From positions 1,364,001 to 1,428,000 of the forward strand of contig JBLDXI010000033.1 of assembly GCA_047495785.1 (NCBI GenBank): 64,000 nt of DNA, read 5' to 3'. How positions within the stretch are numbered: the stretch's first letter is position 1; every line of letters begins with the position of its first letter. Both the position numbers and the translations under genes were made by a program. Positions 1 through 11,876 of the stretch are shown piece by piece. Origin of the DNA: Lepidodermella squamata (taxonomy: Eukaryota > Animalia > Gastrotricha). The notes beneath the pieces were generated by a model. The model was not told where the DNA came from, did not search any database, and saw only the letters and a program-made list of their open reading frames with translations.

Positions 1-301
1 TTTGAAGGTCTTATGGAATAGTAAAAGAAATCCCATGCGCAGAGAGCACGGCATGCACCGCGACTGTGACCTACTTATATATCACCGCCATTTATTGATT
101 CATATTATAAATAAAAATGTCACGTGTGCGTGTCCGATCGCCTGACGCAAATTTTGTATTATCGATCCTTGTGAAGCCGTGTTTGCTCTAGTGCAGGTTT
201 TGCCCCATTTTTTGCCCAGGTGGTTTGACCACTCATTCATTATTTCTCGCGTGAGCCTGGAATGTAAAAAAGTAATATTTGACCGACTGCGTCGGACACT
301 G

Positions 302-310
302 CTATATAAA
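302..310 (+). promoter_or_regulatory. TATA box of MECR-like copy 1 (equivalents at ~4039, ~6799, ~11582)
   Basis: CTATATAAA/G at the homologous position upstream of all four paralogs. A ttcac(ag) acceptor-like sequence sits just before the ATG in copies 1, 3 and 4, suggesting a 5'-UTR intron. Confidence 0.55.
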
Positions 311-786
311 TCGCCATTCATGCGATGCAAAGCCAGAATCTCATTTTTCAGAGCAATCTTTATTGTTTCTAGTGCTTTTAACAATCTAAACCTTAAATAA
401 AATTAGATAGCGGTGCTGGTAATAGAGCATCGCGCCCTATAAATTCGGCCAGTTATTGGGTGTTTCCTACTTTGACGGCCAGGTGAATTTTTAGAAAATA
501 TTAAGCAAATACAGAATTATAGGGAATCTCTTGGACTATCGAATGCCGGTTTCCACAAGTCCGAACGATTTTAAGCTTAATAATAGCTAATTTTGTAGCC
601 ACCTGGGCAGCTGGCCAGAATTAGGGAACCTCATCCAATTAATACCTGAAGTTTGATACCGTTGATGCGTCGAATTTTTTCATTTTCTTTGAAATAGGCA
701 CGGTTGACGGTAAATTTGTTCATTTTAAATATTTAAATATTAGGATCCTATTGAAATTATCGAATAATATATACTTCACAGCGACC

Positions 787-1890
787 ATGCCAGCTATTAC
801 GAAGAAACTTGCCCTATCCAGTACGTCGAAAGATCTAACCGCTGGTCTGTCCCTGGAAGAGGAAACGCTGCCGGAACCGAAGGCTGGCGAGGCGCTAGTC
901 AAAGTTCTGTACGCTCCGATCAATCCGATCGATATCGGCCTCTTAAATGGAAGCTATACCTCTGGCGTCTCACTGCCAGCAACGCCCGGTTTCGAGGGTG
1001 TAGTCGAAGTGGTCAAGTCACCCAGCGGCGCCTTTCAACCAGGTGATCGGGCCATCGTTCAAACACCGGGGTGGGGCTACTGGCGCCAGGCTGGAATCGC
1101 GCTAGAAAAGGACCTCATGAAATTGCCGAAGGAACTGCCAGCCGAAGCTGCAGCCACTCTGATCATCAATCCATGCACTGCTTACATGTACGAAAAGCCT
1201 AATGGGATTTTCCGATATTATTTTGAAATTTTGTAGAATGGTTAAGCACAGTTTACCACTGAACGCCGGAGATGTCATTATTCAAAATGGCGCTAATTCG
1301 GCCCTTGGGAAAATCGTCATCCAATTAGCCAAAGCCCTTGGTTACAAAACCATCAACGTCGTTCGTGCTCGGCCGAATTTGCAAGAGCTGGTCGATGAGC
1401 TGAAGAAACTCGGCGCCGATACTGTCATCACTGACGAACAGTTGAAGAGTGGCATTTCAAAGCTGAATCTCGGCCTCCCAGCGCCTAAATTAGCTCTTGA
1501 ATGTGTTGGTGGGGAAGCTAGCCGGCACCTAGCTTCGGCTTTGGCAAACGGCGGAACTCTGGTCAACTACGGCAGCATGAGCGGCCAGCCTGCTAATCTG
1601 TCGCAGGGTGACCTAGTTTCCCGCGACATACGTGTAGTCGGCTTCAACCTTCATACGTAAGTTTGATTTTAATTTTTCTTGTTTTCTATCGCAACCAAAG
1701 AAAATTATTCAGGTGGTTCGCCAAGCCAAATGAGTTCTCTGAAGTTGTCAAAGATATTATTGGTCTTTACGTTAGCGGAAAATTGCAGCTGCCGAAATTT
1801 CGCAAATTTCCTGTTGCCGAATGGAAAGAAGCTATCAAGCACTCTGTTACTGGCTTTACAAACGACAAGGTTCTCATTCAGTTCAATTGA
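787..1890 (+). CDS. MECR-like: MDR-superfamily enoyl-thioester reductase (MECR/ETR-like), copy 1; 3 coding exons
   Basis: Motifs PINPID..G.Y, PATPGFEG, NPCTAY, IIQNGANSALG, INVVR, LVNYG. GT-AG introns 1188-1236 and 1657-1712 join the three ORF pieces in frame. Confidence 0.88.
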
Positions 1891-2090
1891 ATCTTAATGA
1901 CTGCAAGGAATGTGACAGTAATTGCGAATTCGTTTGAACATTATATGCTGTTTTTGAACCCTTCGACTTATCTCATGTGAAACATAATTTGAAAGAAATA
2001 AAATACACTATATTATAACCAGGACAGTTTTTTGTCATTTTTTGTTCTAGGAGTTCTTATGGCAACTTGTAGAAACTTTAATTTTGAGTA

Positions 2091-3704
2091 CCGTAATGGT
2101 GGTTATTTTGGACAAAAACATGGTTTTCAGCTCTAGAAAATCAGGAAAAAATTATACAACTGTGAAAATGTCAGGGCATGAGGGGGGGACCACTTCCGAT
2201 CTCTGGGCAAAATTTGGTAATTTTCTCATTTTACCTTGATTTTATAAAAATGGTGCGTGGTTAGGCTAAATTTGGACACTTCATTAGCATATTCATAATT
2301 GTCGGAATGCGTGCAGAACTTGAATTTTGATCATTTTCCGTAGCTGTTTGCCGAAAATAATTACTGACGAGTTCTTTCCGTCGATTTGTTTTCGACTAAT
2401 ATTGGTATTAACTCGTAAAAAATTATCTAGCATCAGGTGTTCGGTTTATCAAAATGATGCATTGCGTAATATTTGCCAAACCTGTCAAAAAATCTCTGTC
2501 CGTGACGTTTTCACCTGTTTTCAATTTTTTTGACAAGGATTAAGCGCTATATAATGAATTTTTCCTTAATTCTAGCCGCTATGACACTTCGAATGAGACC
2601 TTTTGAGCTCTACCACCCCTCGTAGTTAAGGCCCCACCTAACCGTCACGGACAGAGAATCGTGCCTTTTTCGAACAAAAGGGAAGAAAATTCAAATGGGA
2701 TGGGTTAAAGGCGATGACAGATAATCAAAATCTGATTGAAGAATCGAACTCAGCTGGGTCGATTTAGTCAAAATAGTTATTATTCAATGGGCTGGGGTAG
2801 ATTATCCAACGGTATTATGAAAATAATTAATTTATGTCCTGATTCATCGCTGTTTTCCAGGCAATTGAGTGCAAAACAGCTGTTTTCAGGTAGGTATGTT
2901 TGCACTTCACCCCTGAGTTCCTAATGAGACCGCAATAACGTTTATTGATCTTGTCTAGGGTATTAAGGCCCGTAAAATCCGAATCTTTAATCATTTTGGT
3001 CATCTGAAGAGGTTTTACCGACGATTTCGACGCTGTCAAATACCTCTGTCCGTGACGAAATAGAAATCTCTGTCCGTGACGGAGCATACGCCCAGCCCAT
3101 TGAAATGGGAGTTGGCCGCGACTCTTATGACATTATTTTTTGTTGGCTTTTGTTATTGGGCTTACATGGACATGATTTGTTTCTGACCCCTGCTCAATTT
3201 CGATTACAGAAATTGAATTTAGAAAGGGGTATATTTACAGTGTACAAACGACCTCCGTCCGTGACGAAGGCAGTCTTCCACTCACCCACCAATGGGTGTG
3301 GCTCGGACGAAGTCCTGATATGTTTCGAAATTGTTCAGTTGGTCGATACTAAGGTGCCCACAAAATATCTCGTCGTGAGGAGTGACTGTTAGGAAAATAA
3401 ATGGTTTTAAAGCTTCGAAATAAATGTGGAACCTCTGTCCGTTACGGTGGAATCACCCATATTCAGATTGACTGGGAATTAGGGGGGTCCCAAATCGACG
3501 TTTAGAGACATCCTACCTTTTCAATTTTTGTTGAAGACAGGTAACTTCCATTATACCTCGTATTTGGTACCGTTGGAAAGCCCAACTCTCAAGGAATCTG
3601 AGGATTTTTACCGATATTTTTATTCACCTTCCTGATCGAGCACAATTTAGCTGATAAGGTGTAGTGTCCAAATTTAGCCTGTCCAAAATTACCCAGCGTT
3701 ACGG
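2091..3704. mobile_element. Non-autonomous TIR DNA transposon (Tc1/mariner-pogo-like, TA target duplication)
   Basis: TA|CCGTAATGGTGGTTATTTTGGACA ... TGTCCAAAATTACCCAGCGTTACGG|TA imperfect TIRs. Inner exact 18-bp inverted repeat at 2263-2280/3663-3680, and a dispersed internal motif (CT)CTGTCCGTGACG. Confidence 0.72.
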
Positions 3705-4527
3705 TAAAGGAAATTCAATGAGCAGAGATCAGATAAAATAGATTCCGTTGATTCAACTTGCATGCACTGCGACTTTGACCTATAGGTATAGTATACTTAT
3801 ATATCACCGCCATTTATCGATTTATATTAATAGTAAAAATGTCTTGTGCTTGCGTATCCAACCGCTTGTAGTGAATTATTTGACCAAACTTTGTATTATC
3901 GATCCTTGCGAAGCCGCGTTTGCTCTAGTGCAGGTTTTGCCCCATTTTTTGCCCAGGTGGTTTGACCACTCATTCATTATTTCTCGCGTGAGCCTGGAAT
4001 GTAAAAAAGTAATATTTGACCGACTGCGTCGGACACTGCTATATAAATCGTCAGTCAGGCGATGCAAAGCCAACATCTTATATTTCAGAGCTATCTTTAT
4101 TGTTTCTAGTGCTTTTAACAATCTTTGACCTTAGATGAATAAACAGATAAATAAAATTAGCGTTGCTGGTAATAGGGCATCGCGCCCTAAATTCGGCCAC
4201 TTATTGGGTTTTTCCTACTTTGACGGTCAGGTGAATTTTTTGCAATTAATATTAAGCAAACACAGAATTATAGAGGAGTGCTTGGGCTATCGAATGCCGG
4301 TTTCCGCCCGGACAATTTTAAGTTTAATAATAGCTAATTTTGTAGTCACCTATACTCCTGGCCGGAATTACGGAACTTCATTACCTGAAGTTTGATACCG
4401 TTGATGTGTCGAATTTTTTCATTTTCTTTGAAAATAGGTACAGCTGATGGTAAAAGTTTTAATTTGAAATATTTCACATATTAGGATCCTATTGAAATTA
4501 TAAAATAATTTAAAATTCACATCTGTC

Positions 4528-5643
4528 ATGCCAACTGTTACGAAGAAACTCGTCCTATCCAGTACGTCGAAAGATCTAACCGCTGGTCTGTCCCTGGAAG
4601 AGGAAACGCTGCCGGAACCGAAGGCTGGCGAGGCGCTAGTCAAAGTCTTGTACTCCCCGATTAATCCAGCAGACACCATGGTGTTGTCGGGAGAATACCC
4701 GCGCAAGTTTCAACTGCCAGCAACGCCTGGTTTTGAGGGTGTAGTCGAAGTGGTCCAGTCACCCAGCGGCGCCTTTCAACCAGGTGATAGGGTCATCGTT
4801 CAAACACCGCTTTGGGGCAATTGGCGCCAGGCTGGAATCGCGCTAGAAAAAGACCTCCTAAGGTTGCCGAAGGAACTGCCGGCCGAAGCTGCTGCCACTC
4901 TTATCGCTAATCCATCTACTGCCTACGTGTAAGAAAAACTGAAACAATTTTTGGGAACAAAATTGAAATTTTTGAAATTTTCAGAATGCTCAAGTACAGT
5001 TTCCCGCTAAACGCCGGAGACGTGATCATTCAAAATGGCGCTAATTCGGCTCTTGGAAAAATCGTCATCCAATTAGCCAGGGTCTTCGGTTACAAAACCA
5101 TCAACGTCGTTCGTGCTCGGCCGAATTTGCAAGAGCTGGTCGATGAGCTGAAGAAACTCGGCGCTGATGCTGTCATCACCGACGAACAGCTGAAGGGCGG
5201 TATCGCCAAGCTGAATCTCGGCCTCCCAGCGCCCAAGGTAGCTTTTGAATGTGTTGGTGGGGAAGCTAGCCTGCACCTAGCTTCAGCTTTGGCTAATGGC
5301 GGAACTCTGGTCAATTATGGCTTCTTGAGCGGCCAGCCTGTTTATCTGTCGCAGGGTGACTTAATTTTTCGCGACATTCGCATGGTCGGCTTCAGCCTAC
5401 ATCCGTAAGTTTGGTTTTAATTTTTCAGACTTTCCGACACAATTAATGAACATTATTTTTAGGTTGATCGCCAACAAGCGCAATGAGTTCAATGAAGTTG
5501 TCAAGGTAATTATTGGTCTTTTCGTGAGCGGGAAATTGCAGGTTCCCAAATTTCGCAAATTTCCTGTCGCCGAATGGAAAGAAGCTATCAAGTATTCTGT
5601 TGCTGGATTCACGAACGAGAAGGTTCTCATTCAGTTCAATTGA
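4528..5643 (+). CDS. MECR-like: MECR/ETR-like enoyl reductase, copy 2
   Basis: Same motifs and same two intron positions as copy 1; ends KVLIQFN*. Confidence 0.88.
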
Positions 5644-5889
5644 ATCTTGACGAATGCAAGGAACGTGACAAATATCGCTTATTTTTGTGAACAGTAAATA
5701 ATGCTGTGAGTGATTTTTCGAACCCTTCAACTTGCTTTCAATTGCAACTGATTTGATTTTTCTGAATTTGTTGGGAAAGCTTCAAATAACGATCCAATTT
5801 GACTTGGAAGCCTTTGAGAACACGAGTAATTTTCTTGTACAGGATACACCAGGATAAAAAGAGTACAACACTAACGGCGGAACGTTTAC

Positions 5890-6278
5890 GTTCCCCAGTT
5901 CTAATAAGTATCACAGATCACAGCAGCTTACAACTATTGGTGAACCTTGAATTTTGTCTGAATAAAAGATTCATGAATTTTCCAGTATAGGGCCGTTTTT
6001 CGAATGATCGTGCTGTTTTATTTGACCTTCAAATCGGTGGTTCAAAGCCCAGAATAACTGACCGGCAGGAGCTAGAGATTTTCATAAAAAGAAAAGATCC
6101 ACTGCATCATTGCCTAGTTTTCCTAGTCCTACTTATCATCGTATTTTACGGCGGTGCCGGGCCTTATTTACTGACCAACAAATTTCACAAAGGTTCTGTG
6201 GCAGTTCTGATAGCGGAGACGGCACTCGGACCTGTAATACGGAGCGTCCGGCCTGGGTTCTTTGAAGATATACGAAAA
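5890..6278 (+). pseudogene. Truncated, degraded copy of the 3' part of the 7TM receptor gene at 13465-14708
   Basis: Colinear similarity to ~14230-14620 including the second intron (cagcttacaactattgg..., ccgtttttcgaatgatc, ggtggttc.aagcc.agaataactga, ccgggccttatttactgacca.caaatttcacaaaggttctgt). No 5' exon and contains indels. Confidence 0.8.
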
Positions 6279-7434
6279 GCCTATAGGTGTACATAATTAT
6301 GTGGTACTACTTGAATTTAAACTATTTGTACATAATTTTCAAAATTGAACTTTGTTTCTACACGAACTTTTGGGCTTTTCCTGGTTAGGGTTACGGTTAC
6401 GGTTACGGCAATATCCGCGGCTCTATTATCGCACTTGAAACATAATTTGAAAGAAATAAAATACACTATAAGTAACACTTCCATACGCTTGCGTGTCTCA
6501 ACAATCCGTCGCAAATTATTTGACCAACTTTTTCCCCATCAATCACTGTGAAGCCGTGTATGATCTAGCAGCAGTTTTTTGTCTCATTTTTTGCCATTTT
6601 TTCATGTGCTTTTGCGTGTCCAACAGTCCGTCGCAAATTATTTGACCAAAGTTTTCCCCAACAATCCATGCGTAGCCGTTTATGCCCTAGCAGCAGCTTT
6701 CTGTCACATTTTTTGCCCTAGGGGGCTACGACCACTTATTTCACCACGCGTGAGCCAGGAAAAATATAAAATGTAACCCACTTCTTGTCGGTCAACAGCT
6801 ATATAAGTCGCCGGCAATCCACTGTCAAGCCAGCATCCTATTTTTCAGATCAAGCTTTATCATTAGTTTACGTTAAATTTTGCAATAGTAGCCCGGTCTT
6901 ATATAATTTAAATTCTCCGAAAATGGGCTAGTATTAGTGGTAAATGGTGCTTCAATCGAGTAAACAGGTTTTTAATCAAGTTTTATTGCGAATAGGCCTC
7001 TGTACAAGATGGGTTTTTAAAAATTTAAAAATTTTACTTTAATCCAAATTTAAAATTATAATTTACCTATTCGCCCAAAACTGGGTTTTCCGAGTTTTCT
7101 GGAATTTTGCGATTAATTAAAAAAAATTACGCTTAAATTATTTCGTGATTTTATTTACAAGGCATGGTCCTCACTTTCAGAACGCGACGCAGTTATTTTC
7201 TAAGAAATTATTCGAAAATATAGCACCTCTCATAAGTTTGCGTTTGTTGCAAGGTTTTGATATTTGGTTCCGCTATGTAGTCAATTCTGGTTCCGTAGAA
7301 AATGATCTTTAAAAAACCCAGAATTTACAGGCCAATTCTCCTTGACTCGACTCTAGTTACGTGGCAATTTGAAATACTTCACTTAGAATCTGATTTAAAG
7401 TACCTAACGAATAAATTAAAATTTCACAGCCACC

Positions 7435-8544
7435 ATGCCAGCTGTTACGAAGAAACTCGTCCTATCTGCTCCGTCGAAAGATCTGACCGCTGGTCTAAAT
7501 CTCGAGGAGGAAACCATCCCCGAGCCTAAAACCGGCGAAGCTTTGGTCAAAGTTCTGTACTCTCCGATCAATCCGAGCGATATCGGCGTCCTAGATGGAA
7601 GATATAACGCTCTCGTTTCACTGCCAGCAACGCCCGGTTTCGAGGGTGTAGTCGAAGTGGTCAAGTCACCCAGCGGCGCCTTTCAACCAGGTGATCGGGC
7701 CATCGTTCAAACACCGGCGTGGGGCTACTGGCGCCAGGCTGGAATCGCGCTAGAAAAGGACCTCATGAAATTGCCGAAGGAACTGCCAGCCGAAGCTGCA
7801 GCCACTCTGATCATCAATCCATGCACTGCTTACATGTGAGAAAAGCCTAATGGGATTTTCCGATTGAAGTTAACATTTGAAATTTTTCAGAATGGTCAAG
7901 CACAGTATCCCACTGAATGCCGGAGATGTGATCATTCAAAATGGCGCGAATTCGGCTCTTGGAAAAATTGTTATCCAATTAGCTAAAGCCCTTGGTTACA
8001 AAACCATCAACGTCGTTCGTGCTCGGCCGAATTTGCAAGAGCTGGTCGATGAGCTGAAGAAACTCGGCGCCGATACTGTCATTACCGACGAGCAGTTGAA
8101 GGGAGGTCTTGCCCAGTTGGATCTCGGCCTGCCAGCTCCTAAATTGGCTCTCGAATGCGTTGGCGGGGAAGCTAGTCTCCACCTAGCTGCAGCTTTGGCA
8201 AACGCCGGAACTCTGGTCAACTACGGCGGCATTAGCGGCCAGCCTGTTTATCTGTCTCAAACTGACATAGTTCTCCGTGAGATACGCTTAGCCAGCTGCA
8301 ATATTTTTATGTTTGATTTTATTTTGTCTCGTTTTCTAACGCAATTATATTGAATTTTTTTAGGTGGATCGCCCACAAGCCTAATGAGTTCTCTGAAGTT
8401 CTCAAGGATGTTATTGGTCTTTTCGTGAGCGGAAAATGTCAGGTTCCAAAGTTTCGCAAATTTCCTCTCGCCGAATGGAAAGAAGCTGTCAAGCATTCTC
8501 TTACTGGCTTTACGAACGAGAAGGTTCTCATTCAGTTCAATTGA
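7435..8544 (+). CDS. MECR-like: MECR/ETR-like enoyl reductase, copy 3
   Basis: Same structure. Second intron begins GTTTGA (GTAA missing relative to copy 4) but the frame is preserved (NIFM/WIAHK). Confidence 0.85.
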
Positions 8545-9022
8545 ATCCTAATGACGGCAAGGATTGTGACAATAATTGCCATTTCGTTTGAACATTATAT
8601 CATGCTGTTTTTGAAACCTTCAACTTCATCTGATATTTCAAAAATAATTTAGAAAGCTGCAAATAAACTACTATATTATTCTGCTTGATAGTTGCTTGAT
8701 TGCTCGCCAAGATGAGTATGACGCGGAAAGTCTCACGAATGCTATATAACAAGTTTTCTAATTAAAAAATAGTTGCTAAACTTCTGGGACACGTTGTAAT
8801 AATAGTACTAAATTTTTTTACGGCAATTCACAGAAATATTTGACCTCTCGACATCAGCCAATCGGGTTGTAGCGCTAAGTAATAAGAGCCAGACTAAGAT
8901 CGACTAAAAATTTCATTAACAATAATTTCAGAATTTTTTATCAAGGAAACTCCGCTATGATTAATGAGGTTTTAGCAAGTGTTTTTTCTCTTTTCAGCCT
9001 GAGCTGCGGAAAATCATTCTAG

Positions 9023-9520
9023 ATGGGGAAACAAGAGTGTATTGACGATTTTATGCTCGTGTTCTATGAAATAATCGCGAGACAGCAGACCGACGGAATC
9101 CTGATTATTCAAATGCCAACAAGTATTGGCCATGCGACCGGCTTCGATCCTGAGCAAAATCGTCGTTCGTCATCTGCCTTCAGGAAAGAGCGGTCACTGG
9201 TGTGTTACCTCGACTCTCCGTTCAGGTGTTCTCGAAGAATTTGACAGCTTGCCGACCCCATCTAAGCTTCCCGCGGCGATGCAAAAGCAGATTTGTTGAT
9301 GCATATCGAGTGTTAGCTGATGGCGATTCGATCGAAATTCAGTTTCAGCCCTGTTTTCAACAAACACAACAAGGATAGCGGCTATTACGCTTTGGCAAAT
9401 GTCGCGGAACTGATTTGCAACGGTGATCCGACCGAAGTCGACTACGACAGCTCTAAGATCATGGAACACCTTCTTTCCTGCTTCGCGAAAAATCACTCGA
9501 TTTTCTACTTTACCTGCGTC
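9023..9520 (+). pseudogene. Degenerate Ulp1/C48-like cysteine protease fragment, probably transposon-borne
   Basis: Pieces across frames read V.YLDS ... QKQIC* ... IEIQFQPCFQQ ... DSGYYALANVAELICNGDPTEVDYDSSKIMEHLLSC. This resembles the invertebrate C48-like pattern QQ...DCG.FAIA....L..G.DP....YD...MR.HL..C, with stops and frameshifts. Confidence 0.45.
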
Positions 9521-11876
9521 GAAGTAATGAGGACCAGCTCCAAAACCGAAGCGCAGAAAGATTTTCGAGTCAAAAACCGAAAAATCCACTGCTTTTAACA
9601 AGATTGCGTTATATTTTACTTCCTTGATAATAACGTGACAGTAATTCCTCCACCTTAGTAAGGATATCTGGGTTATTTTACCGGCAGCAAAATTTTTCTG
9701 ACTAGTTCGAATTTTAGAATTTTACTCCAGAATTTGGACTAATTCGGAAAATCGTGAAAATTGACGATGAGGTGGCCATAGTTACCCAAAAAAACTGTTT
9801 ATGAACACTATTCAAATGAGTTAATTGCTTCCGCGATCAAGTTCTAAGTGCTAATGTCTTCCAATGTATGAAATCACCCTCGTTTGAATAACGTCCTGTT
9901 TTCGGTTAAAAAAATAAACAGTATTACCTGTGATAAAATACCTGTGACAATAAAAATTTTGTTTATTGAAATTATCGTCGTTTTACCGTTGAATTTCGTT
10001 GAAAAAACGGCCGAAATCAGCGGCGAAGAGCAGTAATGGGAGCATTTGATTTAATTTCGAAAAGCTGAAATAATGCGGATGAAATTGCGGCCACCAATTT
10101 CAAGTCAGTAATTCATAGGCTTGAAAACTTGGGCATGAACTTGACATTTCATGATCATGGAATAAGTTTCGTAACTTATTTTTAAAACAAGGGTATTTTC
10201 ACGTTACAACATAATTAATCCAAATCACTCGGGGTTTGTGATATTAGATTTTGAAATTGGGTTCAGTCATGATCGAATGCTTCAATGTTCTTAAATTTCC
10301 TTCAGCGCAACGAAATCACGGTGGCCAAAAAGATACGCTAGGGGCGAAATTCATTGACTGGAGTGCGCATCAATTTAATCAGGAACTTTAAGCAATGGAA
10401 AAGAATTTCAACCGTTTTGGTCAATCGTCATTCGTCGTCGAAATCTTCATGCTCTCCGGCTGGTCAAAGCATCAGTGGCCACGACTCATGGAACAGAGCG
10501 CCGATATCAAGCCCCAATATCATCAGTTGCCTCCATGAAGCCACTCAAATCGGTTCTAGCTGGGTTCGCGCAGAAATCAAGGCTTCTACATCCCGGCATT
10601 TGGAGGACTGGCAACAATAGAAGCCATCCGCTCGCTGCAAAATGGTATCCAGGTCGCTGCGGAAATTAATCATGGATTGTGGTCAATTTTGCCGGTCGAA
10701 GACTCGCCGAGAAACCAGTTATTGTCGCCTCTAACGTTGCTATGCCTATTCGCTGAATTTCGGTTGCTGTTCAAAACCGCGAATTCGGAGGGAAAACCGG
10801 ATCGGCACCTGCGCGCGCGTGTGAGCCAGAGCACGGCGGGACAATGCGCGCGTGTGTCCATTGTTGTCGATTAGGAACCCGCCGTACCTCGGTCGACACC
10901 TACGAGCCGAAGCCCGACAAATGTGTTTGATGAGAGAGATTGCAGGCCCGTCGCATCCCGGTCGCCCTGAGCCACGTGGAAATCGACTGTGGCCCCGTCG
11001 GGGTCTGGTCGACCAGACCGCGATGTGGTCGCTTTCGGGCTTGGGTCGTAACATAGCCAGAGATATTTACAAAGTACTTATAAATCATGCTTTCTACCAT
11101 TAATCGATATTAAGTAACACTTCCATACGCTTGTGTGTCTCAACAGTCCGTCGCAAATTATTTGACCAAATATTTCCCCATCAATCCATGTTCAATTAAA
11201 TTTCAACAGGCATGCTCTGCGATTATGACCTACTTATAAATCATGCACTCGCCCATTAATCGATAGTAAATTGGGAGTAACACTGCCAGATGCTAGCTTG
11301 TCCAACCGTCCGTCGCAACTTATTTGACCAAATTTTTCCCCACCAATCCATGTGTAGCCGTTTATGCTCTAGCAGCAGTTTTTTGTCTCATTTTTTGCCA
11401 TTTTTTCATGTACTTTTGCGTGTCCAACAGTCCGTCGCAGATTATTTGACCAAATTTTTCCCCACCAATCCATGCGTAGCCGGTTATGCTCTAGCAGCAG
11501 CTTTCTGTCAACGACCACTTATTTCACCACGCGTGAGCCAAGAAAAATATAAAATTTAACCCACTTCTTGTCGGTCAACAGCTATATAAGTCACCGGCAA
11601 TCCACTGTCTAAGCCAGCATCCTATTTTTCAGATCAAGCTTTATCATTAGTTTACGTTAAATTTTGAAATAGCAGCCCGGTCTTATATAATTTCAATTCT
11701 CCGAAAATGGGCTACTATTCAAAATAGGCCTCTGTACAAGATTGATTTATAAATGGCTCTTGCTTTAATCGAAATTTTAAATTAAAAAAAGTAAAATTTA
11801 ACCCGCCTAACCCACTATTTCACTTAGGATCCCATTGGTATTATCGATTATCGAATAATAAAACTTCACAGCCATC

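Noticed and set aside
100-400. ORFs upstream of MECR-like copies (also 3748-4395, 6345-6776, 11290-11559)
   Set aside because: They recur only because the promoter block is duplicated; they span the TATA box and show no protein-like features.
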